A stretch of 12,699 bases of DNA from Promethearchaeota archaeon (GTDB lineage Archaea; Asgardarchaeota; Lokiarchaeia; Sigyniarchaeales; SOKP01), in the NCBI GenBank assembly GCA_016930515.1, contig JAFGGO010000002.1, positions 1-12,699 on the forward strand, given 5' to 3'. The notes beneath the pieces were generated by a model. It did not search any database, was not told where the DNA came from, and worked only from the letters and a program-made list of their open reading frames with translations. The number at the start of each line of letters is the position of its first letter. Position 1 is the stretch's first letter. The position numbers were made by a program, and so were the translations under genes. Of the stretch, positions 1 through 8,174 are shown piece by piece.

Positions 1-565
1 AAAGCGGGTAGAAAGGTTTTATTAACGAAGAAGGTTGAAAGAATTTATAATTCTTCATTCATTTATAAAATTACCCGAGAGGATTTTTATTTTTTCATCT
101 AAATTTTTCTTTTTTTTTGCTCGCGTCCCTCTCTATATAGGAATCCCGACATATTTAAACGAAATGGGATTGTTTTCTTTTTGGGCGTCTTTTTAACGAT
201 AGATCAAATTTCATTGATTTTCTTACCAGTTATAATTAGAAAATTGAGTGATAAATACGGAAATGTTCTCGTTGCGAGGTATTGAAGGTTAATTTTTTCA
301 GTATTATTTTTTTCCTTTTACGAACCCGTTATTTTTGTAATATTTTTAATTATCCCAGTTTTTTCCAGGAGTTTTAACAGTTCTCTCACGCCTCACGTTC
401 CCGAGATAATTTATTCCGAAACGATTCTTAATTTTAAAAAAATAAAAAAAGAGAAAGGAACCATTCTTAAGAGACCCTCCAACGAAATATTTTTTATCGT
501 TTATATCGTCTTTTTCCCCGAGAGTCAAGAATTTGTATCAATTCAGAGAATTATTTACAGAAACA

Positions 566-573
566 TTATAAAT
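566..573 (+). promoter_or_regulatory. Candidate archaeal TATA box for the SPT-like gene
   Basis: TTATAAAT is preceded by purine-rich CAGAAAC (BRE-like) and lies about 90 bp upstream of the start. The AT-rich background limits specificity. Confidence 0.3.
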
Positions 574-661
574 AGTACTTAATTTCATATGTATAGTAAG
601 TAAACCTGTCGGGGATTTTTACAAAAAGGTAATACTAACGAATTTCATCAATGTGCACGCC

Positions 662-1873
662 ATGAACGAGATAAAACAAAGAATTTTAAGATATTGGATG
701 GAAGGAGATCCAATTAAGGCTAAGACCCAGAATTATTATACTTATTTTTTTAAAATCGCAGGGGAATTGGAGCCTCGAATCAGAATGGAAAACACTGATG
801 TATTAATGTTAGGTAGCAATAATTACTTGGGAATGACATCACACCCTTTAGTAAAACAAAAAGTAAAGGAAACCATCGACGAGTTTGGAGTCGGAACAAC
901 CGGTTCTCGATTGTTAAACGGCACGATGGAGTTGCACGTCAAATTAGAAGAGAGATTAGCACGTTTTTTAGGTACCGAGGAATGCGTGGTATTTACTACG
1001 GGGATGCAAGCTAATTTAGGGGGCATCTCGTCGCTTCTAACGGAAGGGGACGAATGGGTCATATCAGACGAGGCGAATCACGCATCCATCATCGACGGCA
1101 TGCGATTGGGTAAGGTAAAACCCAAGCACAGGCTCATTTACAAACACGGAAACATGGAGGACCTTGAGAAAAAGCTGAAAAAGGCGCCAAGGGGCAAATG
1201 CCTAATCATCACCGAAGGAGTGTTCTCCATGGAGGGAGATATGGGGCCGTTGGATCAGTTAACCGATCTGGCTGAAGATCACGACGCAATGGTTTATGTG
1301 GACGATGCTCATGGCATGGGCGTCATGGGAAGCCACGGAAGGGGCACATGTAACCAATTTGGTTGTCAAGACAAGGTCGATATTTTAATGGGCACGTTTT
1401 CCAAGAGTTTTGCAAGCGTTGGAGGATTTATTGGATGCAATAAAGAAATGAGTAATTGGCTAAAGCACAACGCCCGTTCATTCATTTTTTCGGCTTCTCC
1501 ACCGCCTTCCGTGTGTGCAACGGTCTTGTCAATACTCGATATCATTGAATCGGACGATTCTTATCAAAAAAAATTACATTCGGTCTCTTATAAAATGAGG
1601 AAGGGTCTTCTAGAAGCAGGATTTAACATTGATGAATCCCAATCGGCAATTATTCCCATATTAATTGGTGATAGACTCAAGATGTTCGAATTTTTCAACA
1701 AGCTCTTTCGAGCTAAGCCAATTGGAGTATTTACGAACCCTATCAGGGCTCCTGCCGTTCCTCACGGAAGAGAACTCCTACGAACATCGTACATGGCCAC
1801 GATGGACGACGAATTTATCGATTTAGCCCTTGAAATCATTATAAATGTTGGCAGGGAGATTGGAATAATTTAG
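662..1873 (+). CDS. PLP-dependent alpha-oxoamine synthase (aminotransferase class I/II; AONS/KBL/SPT family), most similar in motifs to bacterial serine palmitoyltransferase
   Basis: Motifs LGSNNYLG, GTTGSRLLNGT, NHASIIDG (PLP-stacking His), EGVFSMEGD, VDDAHGMG, GTFSKS (PLP lysine, codon 1403-1405), FIFSAS and LLRTSYMAT. The ORF opens at GTG 653; ATG 662 is the more likely start. Confidence 0.88.
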   Translation: MNEIKQRILRYWMEGDPIKAKTQNYYTYFFKIAGELEPRIRMENTDVLMLGSNNYLGMTSHPLVKQKVKETIDEFGVGTTGSRLLNGTMELHVKLEERLARFLGTEECVVFTTGMQANLGGISSLLTEGDEWVISDEANHASIIDGMRLGKVKPKHRLIYKHGNMEDLEKKLKKAPRGKCLIITEGVFSMEGDMGPLDQLTDLAEDHDAMVYVDDAHGMGVMGSHGRGTCNQFGCQDKVDILMGTFSKSFASVGGFIGCNKEMSNWLKHNARSFIFSASPPPSVCATVLSILDIIESDDSYQKKLHSVSYKMRKGLLEAGFNIDESQSAIIPILIGDRLKMFEFFNKLFRAKPIGVFTNPIRAPAVPHGRELLRTSYMATMDDEFIDLALEIIINVGREIGII

Positions 1874-1903
1874 ATGAGTTCATAAAAGCGATTTTTTAAT
1901 GAC

Positions 1904-2420
1904 TTATCCTCTATTTTGAATCTCTCGTATTTTTTTCTTTAAACTCGGTTCGAACTCAAACCATCGACTGCCAATCACGAATAAAACACCCACGAGAATC
2001 AAGACAATGCTAATCATAAAAAAACCAAAAGCTATTATAAAATCCCACAATTGAGGATTTGTTCCATATATATGTGGATTATATCCAGTTGGGCTAATAA
2101 GAAAAATAGAATCCAGGAATAACTGAATAAGACCTACCAATTCTATTCCCAAAGCTTTTTTATCATTTTCCTTTTTTTCGTTTAAGAATTTAATAGCGTA
2201 AATAAGTCTATAACATATGATAAAAGAGCTAAAAACGGTTAGAATAGTACCTCCATCAAGAAAAAATGTTCTATAACGCCAAAATTGTGCACTTTCTCAA
2301 GAGTATGCATCAAATTCTGCCTCGTTTTGAATAATATAATCACAAGCAGGATACCAACCGACATGAATATAATCCCTAATGAAACGAGTACTATTCTAGT
2401 ATTAAGGCTTTTTTTTTCAT
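1904..2420 (-). pseudogene. Disrupted gene for a small multi-pass (~4 TM) membrane protein
   Basis: The 82 aa ORF (1904-2152) continues upstream in frame through a hydrophobic segment (WRYRTFFLDGGTILTVFSSFIICYRLIYAIKFLNEKKENDKKALGIELVG) up to an in-frame TGA near 2298. A further TM-like segment (TRIVLVSLGIIFMSVGILLVI, ~2340-2400) lies in a neighbouring frame, and the ATG at 2420 is followed by an A9 run in a third frame. Confidence 0.45.
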
Positions 2421-2754
2421 ATTTTTCAGTATTATTTTTTTTAATTAATTCAATAATTTTTTCATATACAAATCTAATTAGTATTTAAAAGTTATTGGTT
2501 AAATTTTGAATTACCACGATCTATTTTTTTTTAATTATGGATTCTCTTCTGTTTATAATGTCAATTCTCCATCAAATCATAAATATTATTGTATTTACAT
2601 CAAAAGAAAAGAATTCTTATCGTATTATTTATTGATTTTATGTAATTTATTAAGATTTTTTCAAAAGCGTTAGAAAAATTGTTGATTAGGCTTAATATAA
2701 TAATTAGCTTTTAACTAAAATCGAGAGTTCAAAAATATTCATAAAGAGACTATA

Positions 2755-4146
2755 ATGGAAAATATCAATTACATCCCCGAATGGACCAAGGATGCTGTAA
2801 TATATCATATCTACCCCTTGGGTTTTTTTGGTGCTCCAAGATTTGGAAAGGCCGAACAAGATACGGTTCCACGATTGGAGCAAATTCGGGTTTATTACGA
2901 TCATTTCGAAGATTTGGGCGTAAACACTATTCAATTTGGTCCATTGTTTGAATCCGAACGGCACGGATACGATACTATAGAGTATTTCAAGATCGATCAC
3001 CGATTGGGCACGAACGAAGTGTTTAAGAAAATCGTGGCTGAATTACACGATCGCAACATTAGAGTCGTTGTTGACGGGGTGTTTAACCACGTGAGTCGCG
3101 AGTTTCCATCCTTCAAGGATGTGCAAGCATATCGAGAAAATTCCTGGAGAAAACATTGGCACTTTATCGATTTCTCCAAGGATAACCCTCGCGGCGATGG
3201 TTTCGATTATAAAACTTGGGAAGGCCATTATAACCTCGTCAAGTTGAACCTTGCAGAGTCAGATGTTAAGAACCACATTTTTTCTGCGGCTCGATATTGG
3301 CTCGGGGAGATCGGTATCGACGGTTGGCGGTTGGATGTTGCCTATCTACTCCCCTACGGGTTTTTACAGGAGTTTCGTAGTATTTGCAAGATGTCCAAAC
3401 CCGATTGCTTGCTTGTAGGGGAGGCAATTCATGGACCATATTCAAAATTGGTAGGATCAGCCGCACTGGACGCTGCCACGGGTTTTCAGGTGCAAAAGTC
3501 GATTTGGAGCGCGTTTAATAATCGTAACCTTTTCGAGCTCAAGGCGATCTTGGAACGATCGTTTCACCCCCAATGGGGTCAAGAAAGGAACGTGACACTC
3601 GTTAATTTCCTGGGAAACCACGATACAAACCGCATCTCGTCCCAACTGGACGATAAGCGCAACCTATACCCCGCCGTCTTGTTATTGTTTACGCTAAACG
3701 GAATCCCCAAAATATATTATGGAGACGAAATTGGCCTGCTTGGCAAGAAAATTCCCACTTCGGACGATCCCGTGAGACAAGCAATGCCACCTTACCCGTT
3801 CGACCTGTCAAAAGAGAATTTTAACTTATTAAATCATTACAAGCTATGTATAAGACTGAGAAAAAACCATCACGCATTAAAAGTGGGAAACCTCGTTTCG
3901 CTTCACGCAGGAAGTCACGAATTGGCATTCATGCGACAATCGTCGCGAGAAACCCTCTTGATCGCAATTTCAAGTGCCTCCGAAACAACTTCCATGTCGA
4001 TTCCGCTCTGGAATTTGGAATTGGAAGGTAAGATTTTCGTCGAACAATTGGAGCAAGGAGGTGCCAAGGAATATCGAGTTGAGCGTAACCGGCTTCATAT
4101 TCCCGAGATATACCCTCATTGGGGACGAATCCTAAAATTGGAATAA
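2755..4146 (+). CDS. Glycoside hydrolase family 13 (alpha-amylase/neopullulanase/cyclomaltodextrinase-like), cytoplasmic
   Basis: GH13 conserved regions: VIYHIYP, HGYDT.EY, VDGVFNH (region I), DGWRLDVA (Asp nucleophile), VGEAIH (Glu acid/base), FLGNHD (region IV) and GIPKIYYGDEIG. No signal peptide is evident. Confidence 0.93.
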   Translation: MENINYIPEWTKDAVIYHIYPLGFFGAPRFGKAEQDTVPRLEQIRVYYDHFEDLGVNTIQFGPLFESERHGYDTIEYFKIDHRLGTNEVFKKIVAELHDRNIRVVVDGVFNHVSREFPSFKDVQAYRENSWRKHWHFIDFSKDNPRGDGFDYKTWEGHYNLVKLNLAESDVKNHIFSAARYWLGEIGIDGWRLDVAYLLPYGFLQEFRSICKMSKPDCLLVGEAIHGPYSKLVGSAALDAATGFQVQKSIWSAFNNRNLFELKAILERSFHPQWGQERNVTLVNFLGNHDTNRISSQLDDKRNLYPAVLLLFTLNGIPKIYYGDEIGLLGKKIPTSDDPVRQAMPPYPFDLSKENFNLLNHYKLCIRLRKNHHALKVGNLVSLHAGSHELAFMRQSSRETLLIAISSASETTSMSIPLWNLELEGKIFVEQLEQGGAKEYRVERNRLHIPEIYPHWGRILKLE

Positions 4147-4149
4147 AAA

Positions 4150-4560
4150 TTTTAAATAATTCAATTTAATCCTCGTTCTTGTCTCAATGCTTGGTCTTAC
4201 AGATCGATATTGAACGCTTGCAGAAAATTGCCTCCCTTGAGCTTCAATCAGGCACCTCTTCTCTTTGGATATGTTCTTTATAATCGCCTTATCGATGACG
4301 CTCAGCGGGATTCCTTCCTTAGGAACCACGGCTCCGAAACCAAACAGATGTTTGATTATAGTATTTCTCCAGATCATCTCCATTACATTCGGGAACGATG
4401 ATATATTTCAACAAGTCAATTTCAAACTCGATTTCTGGTACAAACGCAGAAAATAGATCTATGAGATATCCAATTTCGCTCATCTGACTGTCCCGCAAGG
4501 ATTCTTTCCGATGGATCTGAACCTATTGAGTCTTACTATTGCACCCATTCTTTTTTTCAT
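4150..4560 (-). pseudogene. Possible degraded gene remnant (unknown product)
   Basis: The composition is coding-like and GC-richer than the flanking intergenic DNA. Short overlapping minus-strand frames are present: 4483-4319 (MSEIGYLIDLFSAFVPEIEFEIDLLKY...) and 4383-4132. No family is recognisable. Confidence 0.25.
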
Positions 4561-4766
4561 TTTGGTAAATTATCATATTAGGAGTCTTTAAATCTTACTA
4601 AAACAGTTAAAAAGAAAGATAATATCCTTATTATCGATAAACACCAATTAAATGCTATTGAAAATATACTCGTAAAAGGGAATTCAAATAGAAGATTAAC
4701 ACGCTAATAAAAATCCAACTATTAAATGATCTAACTTTTTAAATCGATCCATGTTAACATTACTTA

Positions 4767-5903
4767 ATGAACGAATTTTTTATTAAAACCTACAATTACC
4801 TAGTCGACCATATCGAAACGGCCATGAAGGGAATTGACAAGAACACGGTAACAAATTGCTTGGAGTTGTTAAATAAGGGTAAAACAAACAAGAGAGTCAT
4901 CGTGGATGGCGCGGGACGGTCTTTACAAAGCGTTCTCTTGCTTACCAACGAGCTTGACAACGCGTATGGAATACGAGTGAACCAAGTAAGCAACGCAAAC
5001 TTGAGACCATTGAGAAGTGGTGACATCTTCATCGTCAATTCACGATCAGGAAGCGGCAAATCGTACGAAAGCGCCATGTTCGCTAAGAAAAAAGGTTTAG
5101 ATGTTATATTCATAACGGGCAACGAAAAATTAAAAGACGATTTCGAAAATGTCATACTAGTCAAGGCGAATTCGAATCGAGATGTTAAATGTGCCCCGCT
5201 TGGAACAGAGTTCGAACAAGCCAGCGCCGTGTTTTGCTCCTGTGTTGGATACGCTTATGGGGAATCTGAAATGACCAAGGCTTACGATTTGTACTCGAGC
5301 GTCGCCGTTGAAGGAATGCGCTCGAACTTAAACAATCTAAAGCGCGAGGAAAAGATAATCGATAACTTCATATCGCTGATAACCGAGTTGTTAGATCCAC
5401 AAAACGAGAGCGTGGTTTATTTTAAGGGTGTTGGGAGCAACGAGATCATAGCCCGCGTTATTGCAATTAGGTATGGGCATTTAAACAAAGAGGGAAAGAA
5501 GGATCTAAATGTAGTATATGAGGGACACTGGAAGAGCAGGAAGAAAAATGATCTCGCCATTCTCATGAGCGGAAGTGGAGAGACGGATCAAATCTTAAAA
5601 TACGCCCACCAAGCTGGGGACATTGGGATGAATTTATTCACGATCACCTCGTTCAAGGATTCGAGCCTGGCTCGGAGAAACAAGTGGTATCGAAATTACG
5701 CTGGGAATCTCATCATCGAAGGAAGACCGGAAATGCTTAGCTATTATAATAAATCTATTCATAACATCGAAGAAAAATTCTTTCCACAATTCGAGTTAAA
5801 CACCTATGTGACGCTTGACGCCCTCCTTGCTGCAATAGCCAAGGAAAACGATATTACAGAGGACGATATGAAAAAAACCCATCGAGATAAGGAATTAGAG
5901 TAA
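4767..5903 (+). CDS. Tandem SIS-domain sugar-phosphate isomerase; both halves resemble 6-phospho-3-hexuloisomerase (HxlB/PHI)
   Basis: N half: VIVDGAGRS, GDIFIVNSRSGSG, VIFIT, APLGTEFEQ. C half: VYFKGVGSN, DLAILMSGSGET, ITSFKDSSLA, QFEL...LDALLA and a C-terminal EDDMKKTH...LE matching the PHI ending. It is about twice the normal PHI length. Confidence 0.8.
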   Translation: MNEFFIKTYNYLVDHIETAMKGIDKNTVTNCLELLNKGKTNKRVIVDGAGRSLQSVLLLTNELDNAYGIRVNQVSNANLRPLRSGDIFIVNSRSGSGKSYESAMFAKKKGLDVIFITGNEKLKDDFENVILVKANSNRDVKCAPLGTEFEQASAVFCSCVGYAYGESEMTKAYDLYSSVAVEGMRSNLNNLKREEKIIDNFISLITELLDPQNESVVYFKGVGSNEIIARVIAIRYGHLNKEGKKDLNVVYEGHWKSRKKNDLAILMSGSGETDQILKYAHQAGDIGMNLFTITSFKDSSLARRNKWYRNYAGNLIIEGRPEMLSYYNKSIHNIEEKFFPQFELNTYVTLDALLAAIAKENDITEDDMKKTHRDKELE

Positions 5904-5930
5904 AAAATGTTTAATTATCTCACAATAGAG

Positions 5931-5938
5931 TTTTTTTT
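5931..5938 (+). terminator. Oligo-T archaeal terminator candidate
   Basis: A T8 tract lies about 28 nt after the SIS gene stop. Confidence 0.45.
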
Positions 5939-6150
5939 CATTCTAAAATTCTGTTTATATCAATTGATATTAGAAATAAGATAATAACAGTTCACTTTTA
6001 TGCCAATTTATTTTTTATTATTCCTTGCTTTTGATTATATAAATGACGATAAAGATGGAAATATTCTTATGTGATTTATGCAATAAACGTTATAGATTAA
6101 GCACTAGATAGCAGTTAAAATTTATTTAAGACCAAATAAAGTGAAAACAA

Positions 6151-7980
6151 ATGAGTGAAGACATGTTTATAATTGAAGATTTAGAAAAAATCACCGGAGT
6201 TACATTTAAACGGATTGCAATGCCTTATTACACGATCGTAAGTAATTGGTATATGAAAGACAATGAGGATCGCGTTGTGGCTTTAAGCGTAGACCTGGCG
6301 GAGTTAAACTTGAACTCTGAGAAGCTCAAACTGTTTGGGGAAAGCATTAAAAAGTTGTCTTTTATAGATAAGCTTCTCCTAAAACTCCCGGAGAGCGGAC
6401 TTTTTCCCGAATGGTGTGTAAAATTTAAAAACATCAAATCCTTAATCGTTAAAGACAGTCACTTAACGAGGTTTCCAGAATTATTCAGACAATTCAAGAA
6501 CCTCGAAGTGTTAAACTTGGAGGGAAACGATTTAAAATCACTTCCAGACTGGTTTGCGGAACTTGATAAGATCACCGAACTGAATCTAAGCAACAACAAA
6601 TTCGATCAATTACCCGATCTTTTAACCATGGCGTACTTAAAAAAACTGGACATCGAAAGTCCTACCCCATTATCTGATTTGACAGAAGAAACGCTCAATA
6701 AAATTGCAGAGCTACTTAAAAAAGGAGTGGAAATTAATAGTTGGTTAGTAAAAGCGCTTTTCGAGTTAAAAGTATCCAAAGAACAAGTGAAAGTTCTTTC
6801 AAACATTCGAAATGAGGCGGGAAAAAATGTAGTTAGGATTGATCTAATGGATTCAAAGGACGATCAATACACCATAAACGGACAAGCTCGTTTCAATTAC
6901 TATCAATGCGTTCACGCCCGCGTGTGGGACGGAAAAATACGACAAATCACTGCAAACGAATATAACTTGGTAAATTTACCAAAGGATCTGGCAAAGATAG
7001 AGAGTCTTGAATATCTCAGTTTGAGAGGTAATAAATTACGTACCTTACCAGATACATTTGGGAAACTAGTAAACCTCAAGGACCTCGATCTTTCTGATAA
7101 CGCACTTTCGAGTTTACCAGACTCATTTTCAGACTTAAAGTCCTTGGTAAAACTAAATTTGAATAAAAACCAATTTGTCGAAATTCCAACGGAATTATGG
7201 GCAGTAAAGGAACTCGTGGAATTAAACATGAACGATAATCCCTTAACCAGCGAGGAAATCATCGTCTCGCAAAAAGTTCCCGACTTGATCAGAAAGCACC
7301 TTCGAAAGAAAGCAACCATCAAGGTGTTCATATCACACGCTGTCGTGGATTTTGAGAAGTATCGAGTTGCTGAACTTTCAGAATTTCTGGAACACCAAAA
7401 AGAGATATCCCAAGTCTTTTTCTGCGAGGAAAATTTAGCAGGAAACATCGACCAATGGATGTTGGAAGCCGTTCAAAAATGTCATCTCGTACTTTTTATC
7501 GCCACATATAAGTCTGTTTTTGATTCTCCAGATTGCGATAACGAGCTCAAATTAGCGGATAAATTTTCGATCCCCGTGATTCCAATAAAAGGTGAGGATG
7601 TAGAATGGTTCGATCTTGCTGAAAAAAACCTTTCAAGGGAATTGGGATTGGAATTCGATGGAAAAAACTTCGAAGATTTTAGCGAAAACCTCTATAAATA
7701 CATTGAAAATGTCAAGCGAGAAATAAATTTACTGGAGAAGGAAGAAAGAAGGTCTGGAGTGGTGGATGTATACGAGCGTTTTCGGCTCATCATGGACGAC
7801 AAGCTGAGAGAATTCGACAAGAAGATAGAGCGCAAGTTAAGAGAGATTACCAAGGATTTCAACGAAAAAATAGGTGAACTTGAAAAAAAGATCGATTATC
7901 TGACATTTAAAAACATGCAGGGAAGTTCTGATCTTCAAGAAAGGATATCGGAGCTAAAGAAGCGATTATTAGGTCCTTAA
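6151..7980 (+). CDS. Leucine-rich repeat protein with TIR domain and C-terminal coiled coil (LRR-LRR-TIR-CC)
   Basis: Two blocks of LxxLxLxxNxLxxLP repeats (e.g. LEVLNLEGNDLKSLP, LEYLSLRGNKLRTLP, LKDLDLSDNALSSLP). TIR box 1 KVFISHA starts at residue 391 (nt 7321), followed by LVLFIAT, SPDCDNEL (Glu465) and IPVIPI. The last ~90 aa are charged and heptad-like. A GTGA RBS-like motif precedes the ATG. Confidence 0.9.
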   Translation: MSEDMFIIEDLEKITGVTFKRIAMPYYTIVSNWYMKDNEDRVVALSVDLAELNLNSEKLKLFGESIKKLSFIDKLLLKLPESGLFPEWCVKFKNIKSLIVKDSHLTRFPELFRQFKNLEVLNLEGNDLKSLPDWFAELDKITELNLSNNKFDQLPDLLTMAYLKKLDIESPTPLSDLTEETLNKIAELLKKGVEINSWLVKALFELKVSKEQVKVLSNIRNEAGKNVVRIDLMDSKDDQYTINGQARFNYYQCVHARVWDGKIRQITANEYNLVNLPKDLAKIESLEYLSLRGNKLRTLPDTFGKLVNLKDLDLSDNALSSLPDSFSDLKSLVKLNLNKNQFVEIPTELWAVKELVELNMNDNPLTSEEIIVSQKVPDLIRKHLRKKATIKVFISHAVVDFEKYRVAELSEFLEHQKEISQVFFCEENLAGNIDQWMLEAVQKCHLVLFIATYKSVFDSPDCDNELKLADKFSIPVIPIKGEDVEWFDLAEKNLSRELGLEFDGKNFEDFSENLYKYIENVKREINLLEKEERRSGVVDVYERFRLIMDDKLREFDKKIERKLREITKDFNEKIGELEKKIDYLTFKNMQGSSDLQERISELKKRLLGP

Positions 7981-8118
7981 ATCTGTAATCTTTTTTCCAA
8001 CACATTTTTTCCATATTAATTTTTATAAATAAGAAGTAAATTAAAATCTCGCTAACCATAATCATAATCACCTTTTATGGAAAAAGCAGAGCATAGATTT
8101 AAATCCCATAATTTAAAT

Positions 8119-8147
8119 GTGAATCAATATTATTCACTCTATATAAA
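8119..8147 (+). promoter_or_regulatory. Palindromic operator candidate (GTGAAT-N7-ATTCAC) abutting a TATA box
   Basis: Inverted repeat at 8119-8137 and TATATAAA at 8140-8147, about 30 nt upstream of ATG 8175. Confidence 0.45.
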
Positions 8148-8174
8148 AAATTTTACTGGATGTGAGATACAAGC

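Noticed and set aside
346-528. 60 aa minus-strand ORF
   Set aside because: Non-ATG start, low-complexity AT-rich translation and no recognisable motif.
1-650. CRISPR array or canonical ORB-containing replication origin
   Set aside because: There are no regularly spaced 25-40 bp repeats, no clear ORB consensus with a G-string, and no cdc6/cas gene in view.
2296-2302. Selenocysteine or readthrough at the in-frame TGA of the membrane remnant
   Set aside because: Additional frameshifts are present, and there is no redox-motif context or evident SECIS, so decay is the simpler explanation.
2285-2488. 67 aa plus-strand hydrophobic ORF
   Set aside because: It is the antisense shadow of the minus-strand membrane-protein remnant and AT-rich DNA.
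5957-5970. Perfect 14 bp palindrome ATATCAATTGATAT upstream of the LRR-TIR gene
   Set aside because: It is nearly all A/T, about 180 bp from the start and a single copy, so it is plausible by chance.
6912-7448. 178 aa antisense ORF, and other antisense ORFs such as 4796-5164, 9644-9961, 10747-11100 and 11961-12323
   Set aside because: They lie wholly or largely opposite well-supported genes and have no motifs; they are shadow ORFs.
7200-7980. Roco (LRR-Roc-COR) or NLR NTPase assignment
   Set aside because: No Walker A/GTPase motif follows the LRRs; the TIR domain begins immediately.
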